Below, in pieces: positions 1 through 16,632 of a stretch of 64,000 nucleotides of DNA. Positions within the stretch are counted from its first letter, which is position 1, and each line of letters opens with the position of its first letter. Under the pieces are notes generated by a model, which saw only the letters and a list, made by a program, of their open reading frames with translations, had not been told where the DNA came from and did no database searches. The DNA lies in the NCBI RefSeq assembly GCF_009914755.1, contig NC_060937.1; one strand, given 5' to 3'. The position numbers and the translations under genes were made by a program. This DNA comes from the human T2T-CHM13v2.0 reference genome, Homo sapiens.

Positions 1-573
<573 letters not shown>

Positions 574-579
574 TAGGCA

Positions 580-1245
580 TATATATTTGAAGGGAAAGAA
601 ATCAGTATGTTGAAGAGATGCCTGCACTCTCATGTTCATTGTAGTATTATTCACAATAACCAAGGTATGGAATCACACTAAGCGTCCATCAACAGACAAA
701 TGTATAAAGAAATTTTGTACATAATGGAACGCTTTTCACCTATAAAAAAAGGAATGAAATTATGTCATTTGCAGCAACATGCAAGAGCCTGGAGGACATT
801 ATGGTAGGTGAAATAAACCAGGCACAGAAAAAAAAAAATACCACATGATATTGGGGAAGCTAAAAAAGTTGATGCCATGTAAGTAGAGAGTTTTGGGGGA
901 TTAGGGAGTTGGGGATAGGGAAAGGTTTTCTAATGGATACAAAATTACAGCTAGATAGGAAGAATAACTTGTAGTGTTTTAAAACACTGTAGGGTAACTT
1001 TAGTTAAGAATAATTTATGGTATATTTCAAATAGCTATGAGATAAAATTTTGAATATTCTCAACACAAAGAAATTACAAATGTTTGAGGTGATGAGTAAG
1101 CTATTTGCCCTGATTTGATCATTACATACTGTATAAGTGAATTGAAATATCACTCTGTACCCCGTAAATATGTACAAGTATAATGTTATGCTTATACTTG
1201 TATGCATTATACAAGTATAATGTTATGCCAATTAAAAACAATAAT
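580..1245 (+). mobile_element. L1MA-type LINE-1 3' end
   Basis: aaatcagtatgttgaagagatgcctgcactctcatgttcattg...; 3'UTR motifs acagctagataggaagaataa and tcaacacaaagaaat; A-rich end. Confidence 0.85.
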
Positions 1246-1254
1246 AATTTTAAA

Positions 1255-1912
1255 GCAGAGAAAATACCAAGTATAGCTGAGGATGTAGAGAACACTGGTG
1301 AATGCTGAAGTTAATATACAATGGTGCAATGTTTATGAAAAACATGGCAGTTCCTCAAAAAATGAAACACAGACTTAACATATGATTTAGATTTTCACTT
1401 CTGGAAATATACACCCAAAAGAAAATAGAAACTCAAAAAGATAGTGTTAGTGTAACCATTTTCATAGCAACTTTATTTAAAATAGCTAAATGTTGGAAGC
1501 AACCCAAATGCCCATTGACACAGTTGAATGGTAAACAAAATGTGACCTGTACATACAATGGAATATTATTCAACTTTAAAAAGGAAGGAAACTCTGACGC
1601 ATGGTACAATATGGTGCAACACTGAAAACATTATTCCAACTGAAATAAGCCAATCACAAACAGATAAATATGGTATAATTCCACTTATATGAGATACCTA
1701 GTATAGTCTAATTTGTGATGACAGAAAATAGAATGGTTGTTGCTAAGACAGGGAGAAGGGGCAATGGGGAATTATTGTTTAATGGGGATCCAGTTCCAGC
1801 TTGGAAAGATACTAAAGTTCTAGAGCTGGATGGTAATAATGGTTGCATAACAATGTGAATATACTTGATCCCACTGAATTTAACAAATAAAAATTGTTAA
1901 TATGGTAAAAAA
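1255..1912 (+). mobile_element. L1MB-type LINE-1 3' end
   Basis: ggcagttcctcaaaaaatgaaacacaga, ttccacttatatgagatacctag, aaagttctagagctggatggt...acaatgtgaatatact. Confidence 0.8.
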
Positions 1913-3580
1913 AATCGTTTCACTATCTGGATGTCAGTCAGAGATGGCCAATGCACCTGATGGTCATGTGACTACTGTCTCACGTCCTCTTCTGCAAAAT
2001 TATTATCTTGGCATGATTGTTTTTCAATTAACTGCACACTCCTTTAGTGCTTAGATAGTGTGCTATGGGAAGTCCTGAGGGGGGAGAAAACATATAGCCA
2101 GGATATGCACGAATCTCATAGATATTCACAGAATGAATAGCTCCCCATTCCAGAATGGAAGAGATCTGATACAATCAACCTACCACTCCATGGCTACCGA
2201 GCATCCTGAAGGGTGAGGCTATTCTGTGGGCTCACCAACAGCCTTTATTGCTTGTAGGTAGTACATTCTTCAGCAGTCATCACTAGAGCAACGTTGGAAA
2301 GCAGGATCTCATACCTTAGTCCCATGCAGAGCTTCCATTTCTGCTACTCAATTTACTTTGTACATAGGCCTACCACACAAAATGACCAAGGAAAAAGGCA
2401 TGCTGACATCAACTGATCAAGTCACCATTGGGTATCTCATGTCTTTTTCTTAGTGTTCTCTTGTGTGTGCTGGTGAATACTATAAACTTTTCACACCCTG
2501 GTCAATACATGTGCCTCTAGACTACATATCCCTAACCATCCAATCAGCTAAGCAATTTCCTGCCATTCGTAATTCCATATCTATTCTTACTGGGGACCAC
2601 TTCTCTCTTCCCACAAGGTAGACTACAGAGTGCACTACCTAAAATAAATTTAGAGTCATCTTTGGGTGAGGGGATAAGGATACAGCTGCCCATTTGTGGC
2701 ATGCACAGCATATTAAGCTGTCTCATCTCTGAACTCAGCTCTGATTCCTTTGCTTTAACTAACTTGGTCATTAGGATCCTCTGTGAGGCCACAGATAAGA
2801 GCTGAAGAAGAGGTGTCAGTATAGCAGAGATTGGTCGCACAGGATAGGGGGCTAGGTCACTTAACACAGCTTATGTATGCCCTCTGTCCAATGCAGGAAA
2901 ACTAACTTCCATGTTATGAAAGATTGTTTTCTGAGCTTGTGAGTTGGTGGGTTTGACAGCAGCCAGCATATGATGGGCAGGTCTGGCTGCATGGTCATGT
3001 GACGTGTCACGGTCAGATATTCTGCATCCTCCAAGGGACTAGTAGCATGTCAAGAGCTATTATATTTTTTACCCTGGAAATCTAGAGGTCTGTAATATGG
3101 TTTTTCTTTTGCACTTGACAGAAATTTCAGATGACACTCTTCTACAGTAGATACCTATCATAGTTTGGGTCTGCCAGATCACATAGCCTAAACTGCTGAG
3201 CTGCCTGCATAATCGGCTAGACCTGCTGCAGAGCCATTTCTTACTCTGAACTCAGTTCAAAATTACCCACCTTCTGCACACCTATTAAGTAGGTAAGAAC
3301 AGTATTCTCAAAAGTATCATATTCTAAATCCTAATGGTAAGAAGATCTACCAACCACTCAGCTTCTTTCTTAGAGACTGACAAGGATTGCAAGGTACTAC
3401 AGACTTTTTTTTTTTTTTTACTTTAAAGGGGATGTCCTGGAATGTCCTCGACAATTCAGCTCCTAAAATCTTAACTCAAGTGGCAGGCCTTTGAATCTTT
3501 GGAAGGGTTATATCCATCATCTAGAGAAGATGTATCTTCCCAGGACATCCAGATTAGATGCCATTTTATTCTCATCAGAT

Positions 3581-3935
3581 TTAATTATCGTGATGGCATT
3601 GATAGAGTGGCTCTATGACATGTTCATAGGAATGCCAGATGGGTCTAGATTCTGTCATACTATATTGTAACAGAGTGAAAAATAATGAACTTAGCATTGG
3701 GGCAAGACCATATAGTTGTCTGTACAATGTGAATGCTATCCTATATAATTTTCCACACTGATGGGTATGGAAATTACATTTGTCCAGAGAAAGTTTTATT
3801 CTAGTGGCCAAGATTGTGTTGGTTGGCTCTAGCAAAAATTCCTTATCCAGCACAGCAGCTGCAATTGGGACTACTATTTGATTATGCTTGTGGTATCCCA
3901 CTTTCATCTGTCATTGTCCATCTGGTTTTTGCAAG
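3581..3935 (-). pseudogene. ERVL reverse transcriptase N-terminal remnant
   Basis: ORF 3581..3907 aligns by eye to ERVL RT (VDYRKLNQVVTPIAAAVPD...LLEQINT...FAF) and degrades downstream; no intact YxDD seen. Confidence 0.8.
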
Positions 3936-5072
3936 TGCCAAACTGATGAGCAAAATGAGAATATGAGAAGACAAGATTCATGCATCTTTTAGGACTTTTT
4001 GGGAGAACCTAATTTATGTTACTCCCCTAGAATGCAATTATTTTTATTTTACTCATAGTGAAGACAGTAAGTCAGTTTTAAGGTACTTTATTTAGCTTTT
4101 TCTATTACAATAGATCTAACTCTTCAGGTAAGGAAAGAAACCTGAGTCATTTTCCAATTTCTAGGTAAATGCAATCTAATTATATATTCAGCAGATTACT
4201 ACCAGGTAGGTCCATGGTTCTAGTGGACTCACTGTGACAGGGGCCTGCATAAAGACTCCTTTAATACCTGACTCCCATATATCCTTAGTCCATTAGGGGA
4301 ACTATGCTAGCACTTTGGATTCCTAGATATTTGTATCAACTCTACCCTTGTAATCAAGGATTCTCAAAAGATCTGGAAAGTTCCTTTTCCTCAGTGTATA
4401 GTTACCTAATAATATAGTTTTGGGTCCATTTTCAGCAGTTCTTGCATCTCTACTACATTTGGAGAGTTATTGGAATAATCAATACTGCATGCACTTACTA
4501 GAGTGTTTAAAGGATGTTTCTTCATTAGAACCCAATCTTTTCTTGGACTAGTTCACTCTTTCAGTCAATAGGTCTGAAAACTGGAGAAAGGATTAAGACT
4601 ACCATTGTAGCAATTGAGTGCAGTCTTACTCTCATTCATTATTAACCACTTGTGATTACACATAAACAATACTGTTATTGCTTACTTATTTATATTGCTT
4701 ACTGGAACACCAAATTATACTATCCATCTCTGTAGATTCTAGCAAGTCAAAAGCCCCAGCTCTCATTCTGAACCTGTTGCTCATTATGGAAATTATACCC
4801 ACCTTATTTCTATTTGTAAATGCTGCCACCCGGCCTTTGCATTGCTACATCTGATCATACCATTTGCTACCAGGATGACTAATTCTGTAGTAGCATCTCC
4901 TACCATTAGTTCTGGTCTACCAAGTAATAGGCATGACAAGCCTACTCAAGGAAGCTTATGCTTCTCTCGCCACTGTGTTTGTTTTTACCTTAGGTAAAGA
5001 ACACCTAAGGCTTTCCTGATATCCCTTTAACTGTTCATAAATACAATTTGCTAGCATAAAAGATTTTATCTC

Positions 5073-5485
<413 letters not shown>

Positions 5486-6400
5486 CTACTTCTTTAATGT
5501 GAGCCATTGCTTTTCTCAAACTTCTCAGAGTCACTCCACCTGTAATAGAACACACCCTGGGATTCTTGTCAGGATGTTAAACCCTTTGTCATGGCAGAGT
5601 GACTCTATATTAACAAACATTCTCTTATTCACCTTTACGTTTTACTTCCTTAGGAGGCATACCTAGTTCTACTCTCTCAGGTACATGATAGCCAGGTCTT
5701 ACAGCTTCTTCAGTATATGATCCTTCTCTTTCTTTAGCAAACCCAGAACTTGCCTAGTAAAATCATGTAGAGATTTAACCCTAGTTATTGGTCTAAGAAA
5801 GAAGAGATGAAGGCAGATTCCAAGGAAGGAAGCATTATCTTACAAGATACCTTCTTACTGGACATTTGTATAGTTCTTAAGCAAGGCAAGTTTCTACCTT
5901 TGAACTGAGGAAGGGAAACAGTTAAGTGAATTGTTCCATCCACTGATATTATGCAAATGTATCTAAACTTGATTTAATATTTATGATTTTGTTAATACCC
6001 TAATCTTGTCATTTTCTCTCTTTAAATGTTAGAGATATGGTTTGAGACAGGGCATTCTTTTCTACCTGTGTTACATTCCAGATTAACACAGGTAAAGGCT
6101 TAGCAGCTACATTCCATAATGAGCAATGAGTAGAAATGGGGTTCATCAGCCAGTAAGTAACCCAACTCTAGAAGCTCATCCATAGAGCTTACTTTGGAGG
6201 ACCAATTTTGTTTTTCCTTCCTTTATCCAGCACTCTTCGAATCCACTCCTGTCCTACCCTCCCAGTTCCTGCCTTTACAAGTTGACCAGTTTTTGCAGCT
6301 CCTTTGCCATGTAATCTATTTCCTTAATCTTGCTCAGTTGCTTCCTATAGTTATATAACCCTAGATATTGGTGTGGTAGAGGGAAGGGAAGAGTACCAAA

Positions 6401-6810
6401 TGTCTTAGTTTGGGTTTCCAAGAAACAGAGGTTGAGAAAAGTATTCAAGTGCCTGTCACTTTATAATAAAGTGTGCTTCAGAAAAACCTGCAACCGAGGA
6501 AATGAAAAAAAAGTAGAGAAGGGAAAAGAGCTTGGCAAGGATTCAGTTTCAGGTAAAGCCTTGCTAGAGTTGCCTCTACCTGAGCAAGGAAATCTAGGCT
6601 CTTGTATGTCCATATTAGTGAGCCATTTAGCTATCACTCATCCCAGGAGTGGGGGTTGGGTAAACAAAATTTCCCAGACTAAAGTGGCTCTCATTACTTG
6701 TGGCTAACTCTTTAATGAAGCTAGGATAGGTTTGGAAGAGGAGGAGGAGCTGGATATGATACTCATTTCTTACAGCTTCTGGGAGTTGGATGCACTTATC
6801 CTTTAAAAAA
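6401..6810 (-). mobile_element. ERVL LTR (LTR33/LTR16-like), probable 5' LTR of the adjacent provirus
   Basis: tgtcttagtttgggtttccaagaaacagaggttgagaaaagtattcaagtgc resembles the reverse-complemented ERVL LTR 3' end; minus strand reads ...taagaca-tttggtac (PBS-like). Confidence 0.6.
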
Positions 6811-7247
6811 GATCCTTAAAAGTAACATATTTTAAACATGTAATTCTGTTTTTTTCTACTTATATTATCTAGCAATGTAAATCAGAAAACTGCTTTACTT
6901 CTTTTTAGCTCTTGTATCTAGAAATTAGGGGAACTGACTGAATGTTAACTAGGGCTTAGTGACATCTAACATTCTTTTTCTCAATATGGAGAAAAAAGTA
7001 CCTTACTTAAGTCTTCTTTTAATGAACTTATAAGATAATGATTTGAAAGATAGCATTTAATCTATAAAGTTATATACATATGCAAAATATTTCTAAATAC
7101 ATAATCATTAATTGACAAAAATATCCATTATCAATTTATGCTAATAAATAATACATAAAAATATAAAGTTGCAACTGTATTACATAGGTCTGCATCTAGG
7201 CATATTACATGGAGGATTATAATAGAGGATGCATATGTTAATTACAG

Positions 7248-7385
7248 CAAGATTTCTCAACCTCAGCACTAGTAATATTTTGGGCCAGATAATTCTTTGT
7301 TGTAAAGAGTTGTCCTGTGCTTTGTTGGATGTTCAGCAACATCCTTAGTCTTTACCTACTTGATACTCCCAGTTGAAAATTGTTG
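7248..7385 (-). mobile_element. MER20 (hAT-Charlie) with internal deletion
   Basis: tttctcaacctcagcactagtaatattttgggccagataattctttgttg...tgtcctgtgc matches the MER20 reverse complement; terminal agttgaaaat. Confidence 0.85.
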
Positions 7386-8284
7386 GTTTAGAACAAAAGC
7401 ATAGCAACATATGTCACCTGCTTCTGCAACAGACTACTTGGGTAGTCAAAAGAGAGTCCAGACTTCTGTATGAGACAATACTAAGGAGTTCTGAATAAAA
7501 TGAAAATGTTTCCTTTTTAAATTATTTGAAATCCAAATTATTACCTGTTCTTAGTTTCCATGGGAAGCCTAACTAAGATATATATTAATATGCATTTTTA
7601 ATTGAGAATTTCTCTGGCTTTGAGCTAAAGTAGATATACCAAAGAGATTGGCACTGAGATTTCAGAAAATGTGTAATTCACAATGTCTGTATTGTATTAC
7701 TCAGGGTGGAGTGCAGAAGCAGAAGGCCCGAATGATTCAACAGGTCACCCAAGTAATGTGGAGAAATGCAGTGGTAGACTGATAGCCTAGGGATGGCAGA
7801 GCTAGATGTGCTCTAGGAACTAGCAAAAAAGAGGAAGTATGCCATATTCTGAATAATACTGAAATTCTCATCTATTGTGTTCTACCTTTCTTTGAAAGCC
7901 TACTACTTAGAACAGGCTAAAGGTGGTGCAGTTCTAATGAGCTAGAATTTGTTAATTAAGTGGGGAGTTTTTCAACACCAACTCTCCAATATGGCCATTG
8001 GCCATTGAAAGGATGGAAGCATCTGAGCTATGGAGAAAAGTCACTGCAACATACAGACTTTGCAGAGCAGCAAAATCAAAAGTAATCCAAGCAGCTTATT
8101 CAGAATCAGAAAAGACAGGAGAATTAGGCACCTCAATGGGCTGACTCAGAAACAGGCACAAATCATAACTCTTTTTCTCTAAATATTCTAGGAAAAGAAG
8201 AATCCTTGAAAGTCTATGATTTCTTATACCTAAGGGAATGTGTATCAGGAGAGAGGTGATGGTGGTGGTTAACAGGAGACAGAT

Positions 8285-8593
8285 GGCCGGGCACGGTGGC
8301 TCACGCCTGTAATCCCAGCACTTTGGGAGGCCGAGGCGGGCGGATCACGAGGTCAGGAGATCGAGACCATCCTGGCTAACACGGTGAAACCCCGTCTCTA
8401 CTAAAAATACAAAAAATTAGCCGGGCGAGGTGGCGGGCGCCTGTAGTCCCAGCTACTCGGGAGGCTGAGGCAGGAGAATGGCGTGAACCCCAGGGGGCGG
8501 AGTCTGCAGTGAGCCGAGATTGCGCCACTGCACTCCAGCCTGGGCGACAGAGCGAGACTCCGTCTCAAAAAAAAATAAATAAATAAATAAATA
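8285..8593 (+). mobile_element. AluYe5-type young Alu
   Basis: AluY backbone with ccgggcgAggtgg and gaaccccaggggggcgg Ye-type diagnostics; most CpGs intact; perfect 14-bp TSD aacaggagacagat (8271-8284 / 8594-8607). Confidence 0.9.
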
Positions 8594-10489
8594 AACAGGA
8601 GACAGATGCTGAGATTAAAGCAGTTTTCCTTGAAATCCATTATCAGCAGATACGAAAATACCAATTTTAAGATTGCCTGTTTCATTTTGGGGCCAGTCCT
8701 CCTCTTTAGTCAAACTTTGTACCCCTGGGCTGTATGTTATGACAGTTGTCACACCCACCACTGATCCAAACAAAGAATGTCTGGAAGAGTTCAATTTAAT
8801 TCTGTAATTGCAACAGAAAGAAACAGATGAAAAACATAGAAAATGCTTGGTTGCCATTTGCCAATTTAGGCAACTGCTCTGATATAATATCTACTGTTCA
8901 AGCAAATACTAATCACCTACATATCTGAGTACTAACTTAAATGTACTTTTAAGTTTCTGATAAAACTCTTATGAGCACATGTCACATTCTTCTGCTTGAC
9001 TTTATGTCACATCTCTTCCTTTCCCATTATATTTTGACTCAGACCCATTCTTCTCCCTCAAGGCAGAGATCAGCCTGACCTATTTTATTTAATTGCCATT
9101 TGGATTTCAGGGGATTTTTCATTTTGAAAAGTAGGATTTTTCTAACTGAAGGTATTTCAGTTAAATGTACTTTGAAAATTAAACAATTGAGGTGAACTAG
9201 TTATATAATGAGTTCCAGTAAACAAATTCAAATATGAAAAACAAGCAAAAGTAAAAAAGAATTTTCATCATGTGTCACAATCTAAGCAGATTCAATAAAG
9301 CTAATTAAAAATCTTTCTCATTTTCACAGTGGGTAATAGTTTCAATCAAGACTCTAATAACTCTTTCAAAAAATTATTAAACTATAAATGTGTTTTTATA
9401 CCAAGTATCAATTTTCAGGTTGATTTAGCTACAAAAGTGTATGATTTTAAAGTAAAAAGTTATTTGCTCATCAAATGAGTCATAGTAGAGGCATTAACAC
9501 ACTGCCTCTTTTAGATTAAAGTATATTCAAATATTATAGTTTTAGATTATAGTATATAATCTATATATAAAAGTATATATAGATATGCATTTAGATTAAA
9601 ATATACTCAAATATTATAGTTTTGAGGAGAATTTTGAATACCTATATAGGATGCTAAATTAGATGTGTTTTATTTTTGTTGTAGGGATATCAGATTCTTG
9701 CATGTGTTACATTGTATGCCACTACCACGTCATTGCCACTGTGCATTGAACATGAAGCCAGGTAAACATTGAGAGGAGGAAACCTATAAGCACTTGCTCT
9801 CTGAGTTATGTTGATTTAGCCTTCATTGCTCTCAAATCCTCATTTTAGAACAAAGCTTCCTTGTTCATTAATTGTGAGCAGAGCTTCCCAGTGCTTCCTC
9901 TGAGTAGGTTGTTTTTACTCTGTGCTTCAGTTTCTAACCTCTGATAATCCAGCCTTTGGTGATATTATGAAGGTTTAATAGTAAGGACATTTTTAAATTT
10001 TCATATGATTCTTTCTTATATTATGCTGAATTTAGCTCACACACAGTAGCTATTCTTCCCTTTTCTATCCCTAGTGTTGTACTTTAATGCACTCATTCAT
10101 TTCAAATGTATTTATCAAAGATGAACTCTATGCTAGGTGCTGTTCAAAGAACAACATCAAATACCGACAGAGAACGTTACTACGTGTCATCTTTGCAAAT
10201 ATTTGAGGATATTTGCCTTTTTTTCATGTTAAAGTTGAAAGTGTGTGTCAACCATTTTCTGTTGATTTTACCTCTTAAACATCACTAATTCATATGTTTA
10301 TCTTCACTGCGACAGTCTTAGTGAAAGCTGTCTAGTTATTCTTGCATAAACATAAGTTCCACTAATTATCCATTCAATAAGGATAGTAATCCCTAAAATA
10401 TGCAAAGCTGATCAATTTTCTCCCTGGATAGCCTCTATAAACAGATTTTCTTTGCAGCACAATTATAATCTATAACTTTTATAAAACGT

Positions 10490-10700
10490 TGTGCAAATAA
10501 TCTGCTTGATCTGACCCTTGCATACATTTTCAACATCAATTTCCACTACTCTCCCTTTGGGCATACCACTATTCATTCAGATATGAAGGATTCTGAGCTG
10601 TTTCCTGCCTCCCAACCTTTGCACATGCACTTCCTCTCTCTGTTTTTTCACTTCATCCTACTCTCTTCTGAGAAAACTACTCACCGTTTTTCAGGAATGA
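10490..10700 (+). mobile_element. L2 fragment
   Basis: tgatctgacccttgc...ttcctgcctcccaacctttgcacatgcacttcctctc, typical L2 3' region. Confidence 0.6.
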
Positions 10701-10729
10701 TCTGAAAAAGAGCTGACTCAAACCATCCC

Positions 10730-11050
10730 ATGGCAGAAATTGCTAGCTGTTTATCAAAATCCATTTATTCTTCTGAACTATTTGCCAGACATGTAACTAA
10801 GTGAAACCGAAATGGAAGGGATGTGTGTTACTGTACGGAAAAGGCTTTTATGAGGTAGCGTGTCTCTTACAGCTCTCATTTTCCTCTTCCTGGATTCATG
10901 TAAAAACAAGGCCCAGTAGAATTGCATAATCACTTGGAAACTGGATCAGTGAGATCTGACTGAATGGAAGAAAGCCATGCCTTAAAGAGTACATCTTCCA
11001 TGAACTACTAAGCAAGTTTAGTGCTACAATTTTTTATGATCATCTTCTGT
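10730..11050 (+). mobile_element. Old MaLR LTR (MLT1I/J-like)
   Basis: tggcagaaattgctagctgtttatcaaaatccatt start; gaaatggaagggatgtgtgttact motif. Confidence 0.45.
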
Positions 11051-11264
11051 TGCCTATTTTCCTTTCTTATAATATTTTAAATATCCATAATTGACATTAT
11101 CATTGCCAAGCACAGTTGAAGAAAGAAGAGAAAAATAAACAGAGTCACAAGACTTGTGTTATACTTATGGAGGGATAAAACATAAACAAACCAACACATA
11201 TTTACCATTGCTGGTATAAAAAGAGAAGAATAAGTTGGTTAAGAAAGCTAATTATGGAGGTAAC

Positions 11265-12170
11265 ATTACCAAAATTGGCAAAATGGGAAATTCCAGAGCT
11301 CAGTCGCTCCTCAAACGCAACTAATGAGCTGGCAAAAATCAATAGAAGTGACTTTCCAGAGCACTGGAATCTATTCGAAACCTTACTTCAAACAGGGATG
11401 GCTTGAAAACAGAAGCTGTTGCTTTGTGCTGAGTGCACTGTCCTGGTTTAAATAGCCTGACTACCAAACTCCATACACAAGATTGATAGCAGCAGTGAGG
11501 ATGGCAGCTGGAATTCTATTTCCTCAGCCAGTGCCAGAGGAAACAGACCCTGTTCTTTTTTTTTTCTTTTGTATATGTATAATTATACTTTAAGTTCTTG
11601 GGTACATGAGCACAACGTGCAGGTTTGTTACATAGGTTATACATGTGCCATGTTGGTTTGCTGCGCCCATCAGCTCGTCATTTACATTAAGTATTTCTCC
11701 TAATGCTATCCCTCCCCCAGTCCCCCACTCCCCGACAGGCCCCGGTGTGTGATGTTCCCCGTCCTGTGTCCAAGTGTTCTCATTGTTCTGACCCACCAAT
11801 GAGTGAGAACATGCGGTGTTTGGTTTTCTGTCCTTGTGATAGTTTGCTGAGAATGATGGTTTCCAGCTTCATCCATGTCCCTGCAAAGGATATGAACTCA
11901 TCCTTTTTTATGGCTGCATGGCATTCCATGCAGTATTCCATCCATGGTGTATATGTGCCACAATATCTTAATCCAGGTAACAGACCCTATTCTGAAAGAA
12001 TTGTAGTTGAGGCCTCAGTCTGCCTGGTGGCTCCTCAAATCCATGTGCAAAGTCTTCCCTTTGCTTTGCCTGACATGGGGTCTTCCTAGGGCTGGACAAC
12101 TTTCAGGGCAGCTGTGGCTAAAGACTTTGAAAGATACAGGTATTGGCCTCACCAGCCTGGGGCAAGAAAC
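11265..12170 (+). mobile_element. Old L1M 5'-region fragment, split by an L1PA insertion
   Basis: ccaaaattggcaaaatgggaaattccagagctcagtc...agctggcaaaaatc resembles L1MD/L1M4 5'UTR; sequence resumes after the TSD at 11979. Confidence 0.5.
11557..11978 (-). mobile_element. 5'-truncated L1PA (about PA6-8) 3' end
   Basis: attatactttaagttc...tttgttacatagg...gagtgagaacatgcggtgtttgg; 15-bp TSD aacagaccctRttct (11542-11556 / 11979-11993). Confidence 0.92.
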
Positions 12171-14670
<2,500 letters not shown>

Positions 14671-14751
14671 AGGAGTTGATATTCTAATGATATTCTAATT
14701 ATTACTAAACCTACGTTTTCTGTTTGAGTCTGTTACGGTTATTATGAGTGA

Positions 14752-15327
<576 letters not shown>

Positions 15328-15508
15328 TGAGTGCTTGCCTGCTGGAGAAAATGTAAGATTAACAAGAAAGGCCCATTTCTGAGACCAAGAAAAACAAGGT
15401 ATACTGTAAGCTAAATATGCTCAGGACAACTAAGAATATCCTCATCACCCACTGCCAGGCTGAAGTAAATTATATGTATACCTGCAAATGGCCACACCCT
15501 CAGGATAA

Positions 15509-15832
<324 letters not shown>

Positions 15833-16173
15833 TAAAAAACAAAAACAATAACACTGTACCTTGTTGTCCTCCGTATTGGTTGCCCTTTCAGTTTCAAATT
15901 TAGGCTTCTGTCTTCAGAAGCAAAGAGTTTTGTCAAGGCTTTTTGCCTCTTCCCTTGTGGCTGCTGCTACCTTCTTCCAGGCCTGTACCAGGTAGGTGGT
16001 TTTATCCTGCCTTTTACTCATTGCTCAGACTAACTTCTGTGTACCTTATGGAGTTTCATGATGAATAGCACAAGGGTGCCTACAAAATCTCCAACATGTC
16101 TGCAGCTCTCATGTTAAGTTACAATCAGTCTTCAGCAATAAACTGAAAGTTGTAACGGAGATTTTCTTACTTT

Positions 16174-16609
16174 TGAAACAGACATATTAATCCCATCAAA
16201 AAAATTTTAAAATCAACATAGAAATCAATATTTCTAGTCTTAAAACTTGAAAAGTACATTTGTTTTATCTGAGTTCTTTCCTCTGGAAAAGACCCTCAGG
16301 ACTCTCAAAAGGTATCAAAGAACTAAAACTCACCAGCTTATCACATCCAGACAGTGAGACGCCAGGCCCTGCATTCGCTTTCTACCCCTCCTGAGAGCCT
16401 GTTTTCCCATACACGGTTACATTTCTTCCCTGCTATATAAACCTCTACGTTTAGTCAGTCAGGGAGATGGATTTGAGACTGACTTCCCATTTCCTCTGCT
16501 ACTGCCCCCGATTAAAGCCTTCTTCCTTGGCAATAATTGCTGTCTTAGTGATTGGCTTTCTGTACTGCAAGCAGCAGGACCAAGACTGAACCCCTGAGTT
16601 TTAGTAACA
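16174..16609 (+). mobile_element. 5' LTR of MER4-group ERV1 provirus (LTR43/MER72-like; family to confirm)
   Basis: TG...CA ends; TATA (ctatataaa ~16434); ATTAAA at 16511; homologous to 23765-24203; preceded by CTTT. Confidence 0.9.
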
Positions 16610-16614
16610 GATTT

Positions 16615-16632
16615 TGGTTCCCTGACAGAAAC
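16615..16632 (+). promoter_or_regulatory. Primer binding site, tRNA-Glu
   Basis: TGGTTCCCTGACAGAAAC vs the complement of the tRNA-Glu(CTC) 3' end TGGTTCCCTGACCGGGAA (first 12 nt identical), 5 nt after the LTR end. Confidence 0.8.

Noticed and set aside
7683-8200. Possible very old LTR (tgtattactcaggg start)
   Set aside because: Too diverged to place boundaries or family by eye.
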